In this document: positions 44,956-55,294 of the stretch, piece by piece
How positions within the stretch are numbered: the first letter of the stretch is position 1
How the letters are laid out: the number at the start of each line of letters is the position of its first letter
DNA from: an uncultured delta proteobacterium
GTDB taxonomy: Bacteria > Myxococcota_A > Polyangia > Polyangiales > Polyangiaceae
Direction: 5' to 3'
Assembly: GCA_963716725.1 (NCBI GenBank)
Contig: CAVQUB010000006.1
Coordinates: forward strand, 32,001-96,000
Length of the DNA stretch: 64,000 nt
The notes under the pieces: model-generated
Told to the model about the DNA's origin: nothing
Seen by the model: only the letters and a program-made list of their open reading frames with translations
The model's database searches: none
Translations under genes and position numbers: made by a program

Positions 44956-45065
44956 GCTGGCCGGAGCATAGTGACCGAGCCGCGGATCCGCCCCTGGGGA
45001 AGGCTCGGATCCCCGCAGGCGTAGATGGATTCGGGATGATCCGCCCCACCTGCTATTCTGCCCCC

Positions 45066-46166
45066 ATGACCCGCCGCCGCCCGCTTCGCGCGTTTGCCCT
45101 GGTGCTCTGCTGCTTCGGAGCAGCCACCCTCGGCTGTGAGCTCGAGAGCGGGAACTCTCGCCCGCAGTACCCCCAGCAACCTGGGTACTACGGGGGCTAC
45201 CCGCCCGGGCAGCAGCCCCCGCCGGGCTACGGGCAACCCGGATACGGGCAGCAGCCCCCGCCCGGGTATCCGCCGCAGCAGCCGGGACAGCCGCCTGCAC
45301 CCGGCCCGGCGCCGACGAACCCCGCGCAGCCGCCGCTCCCGCCAGTCGCCTACGATCCGATCAACGCCACCGACGTGATGTTTCTCCGCGGGCGCGCCCA
45401 GGCGGTCATCCAAGAGCTCACCGCCGCCCTCGAGCCGGCGAACGCGCAGAAGGTCTCCGGCATCCCGCTGATCGTCGACGACCGCGTGGGCGAGGTGAAC
45501 GCCTTCGCCGCCTGCACCAAGGGCGGCAAGAGCGTGATGGCGATCAGCGACGGGCTGCTCGACATCGAAGCGCACCTGGCCCGGTGCAAAGCGACCGACG
45601 AGGTCTTTGGCACGCAGAAGACCGGTCAGTACATCCAGCTCATCGCCAAGAACCAGAAGCCGGGCCAGCCGATCATCCGACCCGCGGCGGGTTTCTTCGA
45701 TCCCGGGCAAGACGCCGACGGCCGCAAGGTCAAGCGGCAGCACGAGCTCTTGGACGAACAAGTCGGCTTCGTGCTCGGCCACGAGTTGGCCCACCACTAT
45801 CTCGGTCACCTGCCCTGCACTGCGACAGGTGGCGGCGTCACCGCCGCCGAGGTGAGTCACGTGCTCTCGAGCGTGGTCCCGTTCTTCAATCAACCGAACG
45901 AGCTGGGCGCCGACGTCTCGGGCACCAACAACGTGCTGGCCGCCGGCAAGCGCCGCGCGCCCGCCTACCACTGGACCGAGGGCGGCGGCCTGCTCACCAT
46001 GCAGTTCTTCGCCGGCCTCGACTCCATGTCGCCCATCGACATCGTGTTCGGCTTCGAACGATCCCACCCGCCGCCGCAGATCCGCACGCCCGTGATCCAA
46101 CAGACGGCGTCCCAGTGGCGATCGAGCGGCGGGCAGGGCTGGAAGATCCCCGGGCTGCCGTTCTGA
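45066..46166 (+). CDS. M48-like zinc metallopeptidase lipoprotein with Pro/Gly/Gln/Tyr repeats
   Basis: TLGC lipobox, PPGYGQ repeats, VNAFA, GHELAHH, NELGAD, SHP. Confidence 0.85.
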   Translation: MTRRRPLRAFALVLCCFGAATLGCELESGNSRPQYPQQPGYYGGYPPGQQPPPGYGQPGYGQQPPPGYPPQQPGQPPAPGPAPTNPAQPPLPPVAYDPINATDVMFLRGRAQAVIQELTAALEPANAQKVSGIPLIVDDRVGEVNAFAACTKGGKSVMAISDGLLDIEAHLARCKATDEVFGTQKTGQYIQLIAKNQKPGQPIIRPAAGFFDPGQDADGRKVKRQHELLDEQVGFVLGHELAHHYLGHLPCTATGGGVTAAEVSHVLSSVVPFFNQPNELGADVSGTNNVLAAGKRRAPAYHWTEGGGLLTMQFFAGLDSMSPIDIVFGFERSHPPPQIRTPVIQQTASQWRSSGGQGWKIPGLPF

Positions 46167-46282
46167 ACCGCGGCAGCGGCCGCAGCTCGGCGGTAGTCGC
46201 GCGGGAGGCTGACCCCAGCTGGCAGCGGCGGCTCGTCACGACACATCGGCGCCGCGTGCCGGACCGAAAGACGCTCGCCGGA

Positions 46283-47974
46283 TCAGTCCGCGCGGTGCTC
46301 GATTTCCGGAGGAGCCTTGAAGAAGCGGTTCTTCTCCGGGTCGTTGTAGCGCTCGTAGTCGATGGTGAGCGGCGTGATCTTGCCCTGGCCGTCCTTGAAC
46401 CGGATCGTCATCGCCATGGGCACCACGCTGCGGTAGCTGCTGTCCGCGGGCAGGTCGTCGTTGGTGGCTCCGCCGGCCGAAAATAGCGTGATCAGCAACT
46501 GATTGTCGTCGTCGTATACGCGCTGGAAGCCGGCATCCACCTTCTCGTGCCCGCGGATCAGGGTGTGGCAGCCGATGCGCTGCAAGAACGCCTGGCACTG
46601 CAGCCGCCCGAAGGGAAAGCGCGCCGACTGCTTCTGAAGCGACGCGGGGATCACGTCTGCGCTCGAGGGATCGCTCCACATCATCTCGAAGCGGATGTCC
46701 CAGTCGTTGAGGCTGGACAGGTCCTTGTACTTTTCCTTCAGCGTGAGGTCCCGAGGGATGCCGCCGTGCACGAACATGAAGCGTTCGAAGAAGAACATGT
46801 TCGGCAGAGAGTCGAAGAACTTCATGTAGTGGGCGAACACCTCGTGGGACAGATGGGGCTTCAGCGTGCTCATCGCTTCCGACGGCCGAACGGCGCCGTA
46901 CACCTTGCCTTCGTGCTCCACGTAGTACTCGTGATTGCCGCGCAGCATGATCACGTGTTCCGGTGCCGTCGCGAACAGCTGCATCGCCGAGCGCAGCACG
47001 CCTTGGTAACTGAACATACCGCGGTCGATGTAGTCACCGAGCAGCACCAGCTTGGGGTTCGGGTTATTCGCCGGATCGTTCTGGTACTTGCCGACCTTCT
47101 CGAAGAAGTCGGTCTGCATCAGCACGGCCTTCAAGCAGCTGTAGCAGCCGTGCAAATCGCCCACGACGATCAGCTCGTGGTCTTGCCCGGGTTTGGTCGG
47201 GCACACGTACACGTGGCCATCCAGAAACGGGTCTTGCCCCGCAAACTCCGTGATTTTCTGTTTGCCAGCCAGACGCATGGTCGCCGCGGCCCGCTGGGCG
47301 TCGAGCACGCCCATGACCTGGTCCATCAGCGCCTCGTCCGCGTGAACCTGCTGCATCAAGCGTTGCTTGTCGGCCGTGTAGTTGTGCTCGAACTGATCGA
47401 AGAAGGGATGGTTTTCCGTGACCGGAACCGGCGAATCAGTGGAATCGATCGCGACCGGTGGCCGTTCCGTGGGGTCCTCGATCAGCTGCACGCCCAGGTC
47501 CTCTTCCAAGAGATCCGCCAGCTCGCCACGAAACTTGGCTTCCGCCGGGTGCACCTGGCCGTCAGCCCGGATCAGCTCCTCTATCGTGTCCATCAGCTGC
47601 TCTTGGTTCGACGCGTCGAAACCCTTGAATATCTCGAAGCAATGCAGCTTGAGCTTGGCCTGCACGAAGTCATCTTGCTTTTCGCCCGCCGCGACGGCTT
47701 CGTCGAAGAGCGCCTTCACTTGGTGATCGATGCCCTCGAACACCTCGTGAAAGTGCTTCGTGAACTTGATCGTGAGCTCCTGTCTGAGAGCAACGTCCTC
47801 GGCGGGCACGGCGCTTTCCACGCGGCGGGCAACGAGCTTCGCGACGTAGTCGCGGACGAAGTGCTTCTCGGACGCATCGAAGTCCCCATCGATGTATCCG
47901 AAGGTCGTCAGGTAGAAGATCACCGCGCGCATCTGCTTGTCGGCGGTGGGCCCATCCTTGCTGAAAGTGAGCAT
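46283..47974 (-). CDS. PPP-family Ser/Thr phosphatase fused to N-terminal TerB-like domain
   Basis: GDLHG, GDYIDRG, GNHE, VHGG, WSDP, IRGHE, TLFSA; N-terminal IDGDFDASE and ADGQVHPAE. Confidence 0.88.
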   Translation of the reverse strand: MLTFSKDGPTADKQMRAVIFYLTTFGYIDGDFDASEKHFVRDYVAKLVARRVESAVPAEDVALRQELTIKFTKHFHEVFEGIDHQVKALFDEAVAAGEKQDDFVQAKLKLHCFEIFKGFDASNQEQLMDTIEELIRADGQVHPAEAKFRGELADLLEEDLGVQLIEDPTERPPVAIDSTDSPVPVTENHPFFDQFEHNYTADKQRLMQQVHADEALMDQVMGVLDAQRAAATMRLAGKQKITEFAGQDPFLDGHVYVCPTKPGQDHELIVVGDLHGCYSCLKAVLMQTDFFEKVGKYQNDPANNPNPKLVLLGDYIDRGMFSYQGVLRSAMQLFATAPEHVIMLRGNHEYYVEHEGKVYGAVRPSEAMSTLKPHLSHEVFAHYMKFFDSLPNMFFFERFMFVHGGIPRDLTLKEKYKDLSSLNDWDIRFEMMWSDPSSADVIPASLQKQSARFPFGRLQCQAFLQRIGCHTLIRGHEKVDAGFQRVYDDDNQLLITLFSAGGATNDDLPADSSYRSVVPMAMTIRFKDGQGKITPLTIDYERYNDPEKNRFFKAPPEIEHRAD

Positions 47975-48125
47975 CGCCCCCAAAGATAGCCTCTCGGCGT
48001 CGTCAACCCGAGGCCCATGGAAGTTCGCGACAAAATCCCAGCATTGCAGCCGGTATCCAGGTGCTGCCGCCTCTCGAACTCCGGCTCCTTGACCTGCCCA
48101 CCCTCGCAGCCGACCCTCGACACCG

Positions 48126-49148
48126 GTGAGCGACAAGAGCGAGGAGCCCACACCCCGGCGCTTGCGCCAGGCGCGCGAGCGAGGCGACAGCCCGATCTCG
48201 CAGTCGCTGACCCAGGGCGTCGCGTTCGTGGTGGCCGTCGCCATCGCGCCGGCGGCCATCGCCGCGACCTTGGCGCGCGCCGCCACGCTCCTGCCCCGCG
48301 CCATCGAGAATCCGACCACGCCCTTCTCCCCGATCGCGATCGCGCTCGACGTGGTGAGCCTGTCGCTGCCCATCGTTGCGGCAGCGGCATTGGCCGCAGG
48401 CGTGACGGCGCTGGTTCAGAGCGGCGGCGTCGTGGCGTGGAAGAAGCTCGGCCCAGATTTCTCCAAATTGAATCCCGCCTCGGGCATCAAGTCCCTCGTC
48501 TCCCGGGAGCGCCTATTCAGCGTCGCGCGCGCCCTGATCGCCGCCCTGGTCGTGGCTTACCTCGCCTCCAAGCTGTTGTTCAGCTTTGCGCCCGACATGG
48601 CGGCGAGCACCGGCGAGCCCGCCAAGGGCACCGTCGTCGCGGGTCACCTGCTCGAGAAACTGGGCTGGATAGCCGCGCTGGTGGGCCTCGCTTTGGCGGG
48701 AGTGGACGTGCTGGTGGTGCGGCAGTCGTGGATCCGCCGCAACCGGATGAGCAAGGACGAGGTCAAGCGCGAATACAAAGAGAGCGAGGGCGATCCCGAG
48801 CTGAAGGCGGCGCGGCACCGCGCGCACCAGGAGATGTTGGCCAGCGCCACTGTCGCGGCCGTGCGCACCGCCACCGTCGTGATCGTGAACCCCACGCACC
48901 TCGCAGCCGCGCTGCACTACGAAGAAGACGGCGAGGGCGCGCCGCGGATCGTGGCGCAGGGCCAAGGCGATCTCGCGCGGCGCATGGTCGAGGCAGCCCA
49001 CGCCTACGGCGTGCCCGTGGTCCGCGACGTACCCATCGCGCGGGCGCTCGCCGATCTCGAGATCGGCGACGAAATCCCCGAGGCGCTGTACGAAGCGGTC
49101 GCGGAAATCTTGCGGGAAGCCTGGGCCGAGAGCGACCAGCAGAAATGA
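48126..49148 (+). CDS. flhB: FlhB/YscU (SctU) type III export switch protein
   Basis: SDKSEEPTPRRL..ARERG, TM helices, MSKDEVKREYKESEGDP, NPTH autocleavage motif, LARAL...IPE.LYEAVA. Confidence 0.93.
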   Translation: MSDKSEEPTPRRLRQARERGDSPISQSLTQGVAFVVAVAIAPAAIAATLARAATLLPRAIENPTTPFSPIAIALDVVSLSLPIVAAAALAAGVTALVQSGGVVAWKKLGPDFSKLNPASGIKSLVSRERLFSVARALIAALVVAYLASKLLFSFAPDMAASTGEPAKGTVVAGHLLEKLGWIAALVGLALAGVDVLVVRQSWIRRNRMSKDEVKREYKESEGDPELKAARHRAHQEMLASATVAAVRTATVVIVNPTHLAAALHYEEDGEGAPRIVAQGQGDLARRMVEAAHAYGVPVVRDVPIARALADLEIGDEIPEALYEAVAEILREAWAESDQQK

Positions 49149-49164
49149 CGGCACCAAGCGTCGG

Positions 49165-49859
49165 TCACTTGCAGATCGCGGCCGTGACTTGCTCCCGCAC
49201 GGCGTGGAACGCCTGATGAGCAGGCGCTTCGCGGTTCACCGAGCATCCGAAGGCAGTGCCCGCATAGGAGCCGCGGATCGAGACCGAAGGCATGCCGCGT
49301 TTTGTCGGGCCCTTGGTGCAAGCGCCGGCCGACACCACACCGCGTCCCGACTCGACGAGCTTTTTGTGAAGTGCAGGCGGCACACGCCCTCGGCAGACGA
49401 AGGCGCCGCCCACGGGACCGAGGAGCGGGTCGCCATTCGACTCGTCATGGCGGTACTCGCCCTGTCCGAGCTCGTCGACTTCGAGCCGCGATGACGTCGA
49501 GGGGTGCTTCCCCATCCGCAGCAGGTGAAACGACCAGCGGATCGACATGGCGGGCTTTGGAGGAGGCGCGAGAGGCAACTCGGGCGCGGCGGACGCACTC
49601 GGCGCGGCAGGCGCACCCGGCGCGGCGGAGGCAGTCGGCGGGCAGACGCACCCGGCGCGGCGGAGGCAGTCGGCTGGGCAGACGCACTCGGCGCGGCAGA
49701 CGCGCTGGGTTGGATGGCAGCCGTCGACGCGGCGGGGACCGGGGGCCGAGCCGTCTCGTCGGTCGGTGTCCGGAGAGCCGGCGACGGCTCCGCGCATGCG
49801 CCGACTAGGGCTGCGGCCAGGAGCACCGACACCGCATCCCAACGACGAATACCAGTCAT
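49165..49859 (-). CDS. Hypothetical lipoprotein with PSASAA repeats; frameshift at ~49640
   Basis: MTGIRR...LVGAC lipobox and repeats in one frame; repeats and globular domain continue in the 49165..49842 frame. Confidence 0.6.
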
Positions 49860-50183
49860 CGCAGGCTCGCGAAGTTCCAACTCTGCGCTGCCGACGGCCG
49901 CGACTGCAAGCGACCGAAGTAGGGCTCGACGGCGCTCGGGTCGATGCCCTCCTTCAGCAGACGCGCCGCCAGCACGCCGAGCTTGAAGCGCAGGGTCTCC
50001 TGATGCAGCAAAAAGTACTCCGGCCCAAGGGTGCCCGCTCGGCTCACGGCGCACTCCACCAAGCGAGCCTCCGTAGTCTCCCCGAAGGCGGCGAGCCAGA
50101 ACAGGTAGCTCCGCCGCGACCCAGCGCACCCTTCCGCTGCGGTCTTGATCGCCAAACGCATGCAGTGTGATCGATTCGGTCAA
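49856..50183 (-). pseudogene. Internally deleted glutathione S-transferase
   Basis: ITLH.F...DRSGRVRWVAAEL N-terminus jumps out of frame to YLFWL... and ends PYFGRLQSRPSA; ~110 codons only. Confidence 0.65.
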
Positions 50184-51011
50184 TGCGTCCTCTTCTTGGC
50201 CGCCGCCTTGCCCGGACCCGCGAGGACCGCCGGGGGAGCGCGGAATCCACGCCGCGCGAGCGCTATGTTGAGCACGATCTGGTTGATGATCAGCACCAGG
50301 TTACCGCCGACCACTGCGTAGGGCGTCCAGCTGGGCTCGTAGCATGCCGCCAAGAACGCCGTCGCAAAACCAACGGCGCTGACCGTGCCCCAGGGGTCCA
50401 TCAGCGTCGCCATGCCGCTGGCGAAGAGCGCGCACACCAACAAGAAGCCGATGACGACTGTGCGCATGTCCAAGCCAAGCCAGCTTGCGCCCAAGCACCA
50501 GACGATGGTCGCCGCCATGCCCGCCGCGATGATGGAAATGCTCGTGCGGTTGATGCGGTTTTCGAGCATCTGTCGCCCGCGGGTGGCGACGACGGTGAGT
50601 CCGACCAGCGAGAAACCGACCGTGAATGCGATCGATGTTGGGGTGCTCGAGGCGACCGGTGATCCGGGCCTCGCGCAGCAGCCGGTCGATGTCCGCCTGC
50701 GTGCAACGCTCGGGACGCAGCGCCTTGACGGCGACCGCCCGATCCAGCGCCAGTTGCCTGCCAGAACGCACGACGGCCATGCCGCCGCGCCCCAGGGTCT
50801 CTCCCACGTCGACCTGGCGAAAGCCGCTGGGGCTGGGTCCTGCGTCGGGGCGGCACCGAAGCGCGGGTCGGGCGTCGGACTGTTCCGTCACGACGGCAGC
50901 GTCCACGTCGAGTGGAAGCTCTTCCTTCCGGTCGAGCCGGGTCTCGATCGCCTGTTCCGGGTCGAGCTGACCCGGAAGGCGTTCCTTCAGTCGAGGTGCG
51001 TCCCCGGACAT
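50180..51011 (-). pseudogene. Internally deleted membrane Ser/Thr kinase
   Basis: LGRGGMAVV, VAVK, LLREARITGRLEHPNI then frame switch at ~50632 into a multi-TM tail; HRD/DFG/APE absent. Confidence 0.8.
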
Positions 51012-51197
51012 TCGGCTAGCGGCTCCCGATCTTCGATCAGTCCCAGAGTACCAGATCATCGACGGCGACCGGGCACGCCTGCGCAAAGTGCGGCGGCTTC
51101 CGGCCGCAGCGGCGCCTGCACCTCGCCTGCACCGTATCTCCACGTTTTTCCACGCCGGCCCCGAATGCCCTGCACTTTCGGCGCGTAGCGTCGAGCG

Positions 51198-51779
51198 ATG
51201 ACGACTTCGACGATGGACCACGGGCCGAGCGTTGCTGCGCGCGGCACACAGGACTCACCTTTGGCAACGGGCTTGCAGGGTGTTGCACTCGCGGCCGTAT
51301 TTGGGCTGGCGATAGGCGCGCGATACGGGGCGCTGTCGATGGCGATCCACGCCGTGGGCGTGCCCTTGGGCATGCTCGCGGCGGTGGGGCTCTCGGCGCC
51401 TGCGGCCGCCATCGCCTTCTCGCATTTCGACTTACCCGTGGACCTCGTAGCGCTCTGGCGTGGCGCAGCGGACGCCCTGCAGACGAGCGGCCGCTTGCTC
51501 TCCGGATTTGCGCCCGGTGCGCTGCTGGTCACGGTGACCTGCGAAACGCCGTTGGGTGCAGCAGCGGCGGCCATCGCGGGACTCGCGCTGGCAAGCGTGC
51601 TCGGCGCGCGCCGACTCTGGAGTGCCCTTGGCGCAGCGCGCCAAACCGAACTGGGCACGGTGTGGAGCTACTGCATGCTGCTGGGGCTATTGCTCGTGGC
51701 GGGATTGATCGCCGCGCGCGCGTGGTGGCTGCTTTTGCCCATGCTCGGCGGTCCGCTGGCCACGGGGGGTGCAACGTGA
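51198..51779 (+). CDS. Hypothetical multi-pass membrane protein
   Basis: Several hydrophobic segments; GTGA coupling to next gene. Confidence 0.6.
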   Translation: MTTSTMDHGPSVAARGTQDSPLATGLQGVALAAVFGLAIGARYGALSMAIHAVGVPLGMLAAVGLSAPAAAIAFSHFDLPVDLVALWRGAADALQTSGRLLSGFAPGALLVTVTCETPLGAAAAAIAGLALASVLGARRLWSALGAARQTELGTVWSYCMLLGLLLVAGLIAARAWWLLLPMLGGPLATGGAT

Positions 51780-52417
51780 AGTTCCTGATCGATCTGTTGC
51801 GGTCCCCGCAATCTGCGCTCGAGGCTTGTGCAAACGTCGACCAGCAGCGACAGATCGCGGTGACGAGCCTCTGGGTGATCGCTCTGGGTGGCGTGCTCTT
51901 TGGGGCGGCAGTGGGTTCGTTTCGTGGCTTCCCGCAGTTCGGGATCGCGGCGCTCAAGCTGCCCGTGGTCACACTCCTGACCCTGGCCGCAGCTGGACCC
52001 GCGTTCCATGGCATTGCATCCGCCGTGGATCGGCGGCTCTCCTTCCGCACCACTCTCGCAATCGTGCTCTGCGCCGGCGCGCGCAGCAGCCTGGTATTGA
52101 TCGCCATCGCTCCGCTCTTGGCCCTCGCGGTGGACTTCGGAGCCGCGTACCCCCTGGTACGCCTGGCCGCGCTGGTCAGCTACGGGCTCGCCGGACTGTC
52201 CGCGCTCGCCTTCGTTCTGCGCGCGTTTGGACCTGGAACGGGCCGCCTCTTGGGAACCTTCAGCTTCGTGCTGACCTTCCTGGTGATCGGCGCCCAAACG
52301 GCCTGGCTGTTTCGTCCCTATCTGGGTTCCCCGCGGGATGCGTCCGTTCCGCTCTTCGCGCATGGACGCATCGAAGGAGGCTTGCTCGGTGCACTCACGA
52401 GGAGCGGAGCCCCGTGA
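51776..52417 (+). CDS. Hypothetical multi-pass membrane protein (Yip1-like topology)
   Basis: FGAAVG, ALKLP, GAQTAWLFRPYLG; about 5 TM segments. Confidence 0.7.
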   Translation: MKFLIDLLRSPQSALEACANVDQQRQIAVTSLWVIALGGVLFGAAVGSFRGFPQFGIAALKLPVVTLLTLAAAGPAFHGIASAVDRRLSFRTTLAIVLCAGARSSLVLIAIAPLLALAVDFGAAYPLVRLAALVSYGLAGLSALAFVLRAFGPGTGRLLGTFSFVLTFLVIGAQTAWLFRPYLGSPRDASVPLFAHGRIEGGLLGALTRSGAP

Positions 52418-52992
52418 CCCTGGTCGGGCTGATCTGCCTCTACGTGATGGTCGGGCTGGGCTTTGCCTTGCAGCAACTACTCCGCGAGCCGCGGTGGACG
52501 TGGCGCGGGCTGGGCGCTGCAGCAGCGGCGCTCGTCGTCTGGCCGTTGTGGATCCCCTTTGTGCACGCTCCAGCTGAGCGCTGCACCAAGCCGACCGGAA
52601 GCGATCGGCGTCCGGCCTGTGCGCGCGTGGACAGCGCGCTCGTGTGCGCGCGGTCGCGGGTGGTCGCCACCCCGCTCGATGGAATCCTGACTCAACGCGA
52701 CGTCGCGGGGATCTGCGAGCAGGTCCACCGGGTTGCAGATCGGATCGAAGCGCTGGAGGCGGAACTGACCCGCCTCCGCAACGGAGAGACCAAGGGTTCG
52801 CCGCGGCGGGACAGCTGCGCTGAACGCGTGGAGCACGCGCTCGAGCGGGACCGGCGCGCCCTCGATGAACTGGGAGAGCTGGCCGACGCCCTCGCGACCG
52901 AGCTCACCCTAGCCCAGTGCGGACACTCGGGCAGCGTGGAGAGCCTGATCGCCGAGCTGTCCGCGCGGCTCGAAGCGCTGACCACGGCCTAA
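52414..52992 (+). CDS. Hypothetical membrane-anchored coiled-coil protein
   Basis: GTGA coupling; two TM segments ending WPLWIP, then heptad-rich helices. Confidence 0.65.
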   Translation: MTLVGLICLYVMVGLGFALQQLLREPRWTWRGLGAAAAALVVWPLWIPFVHAPAERCTKPTGSDRRPACARVDSALVCARSRVVATPLDGILTQRDVAGICEQVHRVADRIEALEAELTRLRNGETKGSPRRDSCAERVEHALERDRRALDELGELADALATELTLAQCGHSGSVESLIAELSARLEALTTA

Positions 52993-53037
52993 GGCGAGAG
53001 TCGAGGTTCGACTGCGGATAGCGTAGCGACGTGATCG

Positions 53038-55284
53038 CTACTCGACCACGCGCCGCCAGATGCCAGCCGCCTCGTCCGCTCCCGAAGCCTCCGAGAGCTG
53101 CGCCAGAAAGCGCGCGCAGGCCACCTCGCCCCGACGATCGCTGACCTCGCGGGCCCGGGCCAGGGCTTCGAGCCCTTCCAGCAACGCCTCGGTGCCCCGC
53201 CCCGCGCTGGCCAGCGCGACGCCGAGCGCGAGGGCTGCACGGCTGCGATCCCCGGCCGGCAAGCTCGTGGCGCCGGCCTTCGCCTGGCGCAGTCGGCGCA
53301 GCGCGTCGGTCACCTGCCCGCGCGCGAGGCTCGCCATGCCTTCGAGCCGATCGGCAACGACGTGTTGCGCGTCGTCGTCGCGGAGCTCCGACGCGAGGAC
53401 CTCCATGGCGGCGTGATCGCCATGCCTGAGCGCCTGCACGAAGCGCTGCGCTGCGACTTCCGCGGACGGCGGCGGCGCCCGCGAGGGGCGATCGGAGATT
53501 GGCGCCGGCATCATCGAGGGCGGCGGCGGCACGTCCGATCGCTGGAGGCCGGCGCGTTCGGCATGCGCACCAGAGAACAGGCCTCGTCGCCGCACCAGCG
53601 CGGGATCGCCACTCTCGCTGAAGACCTCGAGCGCGGCCGCGGTGTCCTCGAGCCCGCCCGCTCGGAGCGCTCCCGCGCCGCGACGCGCGAGCGGTAACGC
53701 GCGATCGACGTCGCCACCAAGCATCGAGTGCGCGGCCGCCGCGACCGAGCACAGCGACTGATCGGCACCGGCGAGAACAGCGGCAGCCGCGCGGTGCAGG
53801 CGCGCCCGTTCGGATTCGGCCAAGGCATCGGTGAGCACGAAACCGAGGGTCGCCGAAGGAAGCGTGAGTCGAGCGCCATCGCGCAGCAGAAGGTCGGCAG
53901 CCTCGAGCGCGTGCAGCATCTCGTGGCCGGGCGGCGCTTCCTTCAGCATACCGAGGAGCGCAGCCAGCTCTTCTTCGTCGGAGTCGCCGCCGAGCACGGC
54001 CAGCGCGCCGAGCACGATCCGCACGCGCGGGTCCCAACGTCGCACGCGCCGGGCCAAGAGCTGCTGGGGAGAGAACGCACCCGCTGGGGTCGCTCGTCTG
54101 ACCAGGGCGTCTTCGCGCAGCGCCAGCTCGGCGCTCTCGAGGGCGTCGGAGAGCGACGCCAAGACCCCGAGCGGCAGTTTTCCGCCCCGCTCGGCCCAGC
54201 GCTTCGCCTCAGCGCCGCGCAGGCGACCGCTCGACAGCTGGCCCACCAGCTCGACGGCAAGCTCCGAGGTCAAAGGCCCGAGCTCGACCTCGAAGGCGCG
54301 GGTCAGGTGCTGCAGCGCCTCGGGAAGCGCGAGCCCGTCGACCACGCGCGCAACGACGGCGAACGCGCCCGACTCCGCCCCGTGCACGACCGCTTCGAGA
54401 GTATCAGCGTCGACCTGCTCCGCGTCGTCGATGAGCACGAGACCTGAGCTGTCTTCGCGACGCAGCAGCGCCGAGAGCAACTCGCTCGAGGTGTCGAGAT
54501 CGAGCCCCTCACCCGCGAGCACGGCTTCGAGTGACTCGGAGAGCCCAGGATCGAGTTCGGCTTGAGCTTCCTTCGCCCGCGCCAGCGCGCGACGGAGCGA
54601 CCCAAGCGGCTCACCGAGCCGCGGCCTCAACCACAAGGTCCGCCGCATGCGCTCGCGTGCGGCGAGCTCTTCGAGCCAGCGCGTACCGCCCGACCCTCGA
54701 CGCCCAGTGACCAGGCCCAGAGTGCCCGGCGGCGGGGCCACGGGATCGCCACCGAGGTAGCGGCTGCGCACCAGCGCGACGGTGGGGAAGCCGCGTTCCG
54801 GCTGCCAGGGGTGTCGGAGATCGAGGCGGACGCCACGGACCCGCGCGCCGCCGAGCAGTCCGATGCGTGAGCCCCGGACCAGCAGCTCCTCGTCGCGCAC
54901 GGCGTCGATCTCGGGATCGAGCAGCACTTCTCCGGAACGGGCCACTCGCGCCAGGGCCCAAGCCATCACCAGCGGCGGGCCCCACGCGAAGGTCAGGCCG
55001 CCAGCCTCGCCGCCGATGGATCCGAGCTCACCTTGCGCAATGCCGACGCTGAAGCCCAGCGCAGGGCTGTCGTCGTCGGTCAAGAGCTCGACCAGGTGTT
55101 CGAGCCCCTCGCGCGGGAACGCGACCGCGAAGCTCGCCGCGTGCCAGGCCACCAGCTTGGCTCCCGTCGACTCGGCGCGGGTAAACACCGCGTGCGCCGC
55201 CACCGCGTACTCTTCCGAGCGGTCGGCGAGCGCCACGGCTCCGCGCCAGCGGAAACACGCGACGATGCGGCCTTCCTCGGTCAT
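53038..55284 (-). CDS. Degenerate class III cyclase-like + AAA_16/STAND-like + TPR-like protein
   Basis: SVGIAQGE...WGPPLVMAWALARVARSGEVLLD; LVTGRRGSGGTR; LVLIDDAEQVD; GGKLPLG. Confidence 0.65.
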   Translation of the reverse strand: MTEEGRIVACFRWRGAVALADRSEEYAVAAHAVFTRAESTGAKLVAWHAASFAVAFPREGLEHLVELLTDDDSPALGFSVGIAQGELGSIGGEAGGLTFAWGPPLVMAWALARVARSGEVLLDPEIDAVRDEELLVRGSRIGLLGGARVRGVRLDLRHPWQPERGFPTVALVRSRYLGGDPVAPPPGTLGLVTGRRGSGGTRWLEELAARERMRRTLWLRPRLGEPLGSLRRALARAKEAQAELDPGLSESLEAVLAGEGLDLDTSSELLSALLRREDSSGLVLIDDAEQVDADTLEAVVHGAESGAFAVVARVVDGLALPEALQHLTRAFEVELGPLTSELAVELVGQLSSGRLRGAEAKRWAERGGKLPLGVLASLSDALESAELALREDALVRRATPAGAFSPQQLLARRVRRWDPRVRIVLGALAVLGGDSDEEELAALLGMLKEAPPGHEMLHALEAADLLLRDGARLTLPSATLGFVLTDALAESERARLHRAAAAVLAGADQSLCSVAAAAHSMLGGDVDRALPLARRGAGALRAGGLEDTAAALEVFSESGDPALVRRRGLFSGAHAERAGLQRSDVPPPPSMMPAPISDRPSRAPPPSAEVAAQRFVQALRHGDHAAMEVLASELRDDDAQHVVADRLEGMASLARGQVTDALRRLRQAKAGATSLPAGDRSRAALALGVALASAGRGTEALLEGLEALARAREVSDRRGEVACARFLAQLSEASGADEAAGIWRRVVE

Positions 55285-55294
55285 GCGGCGGCGC

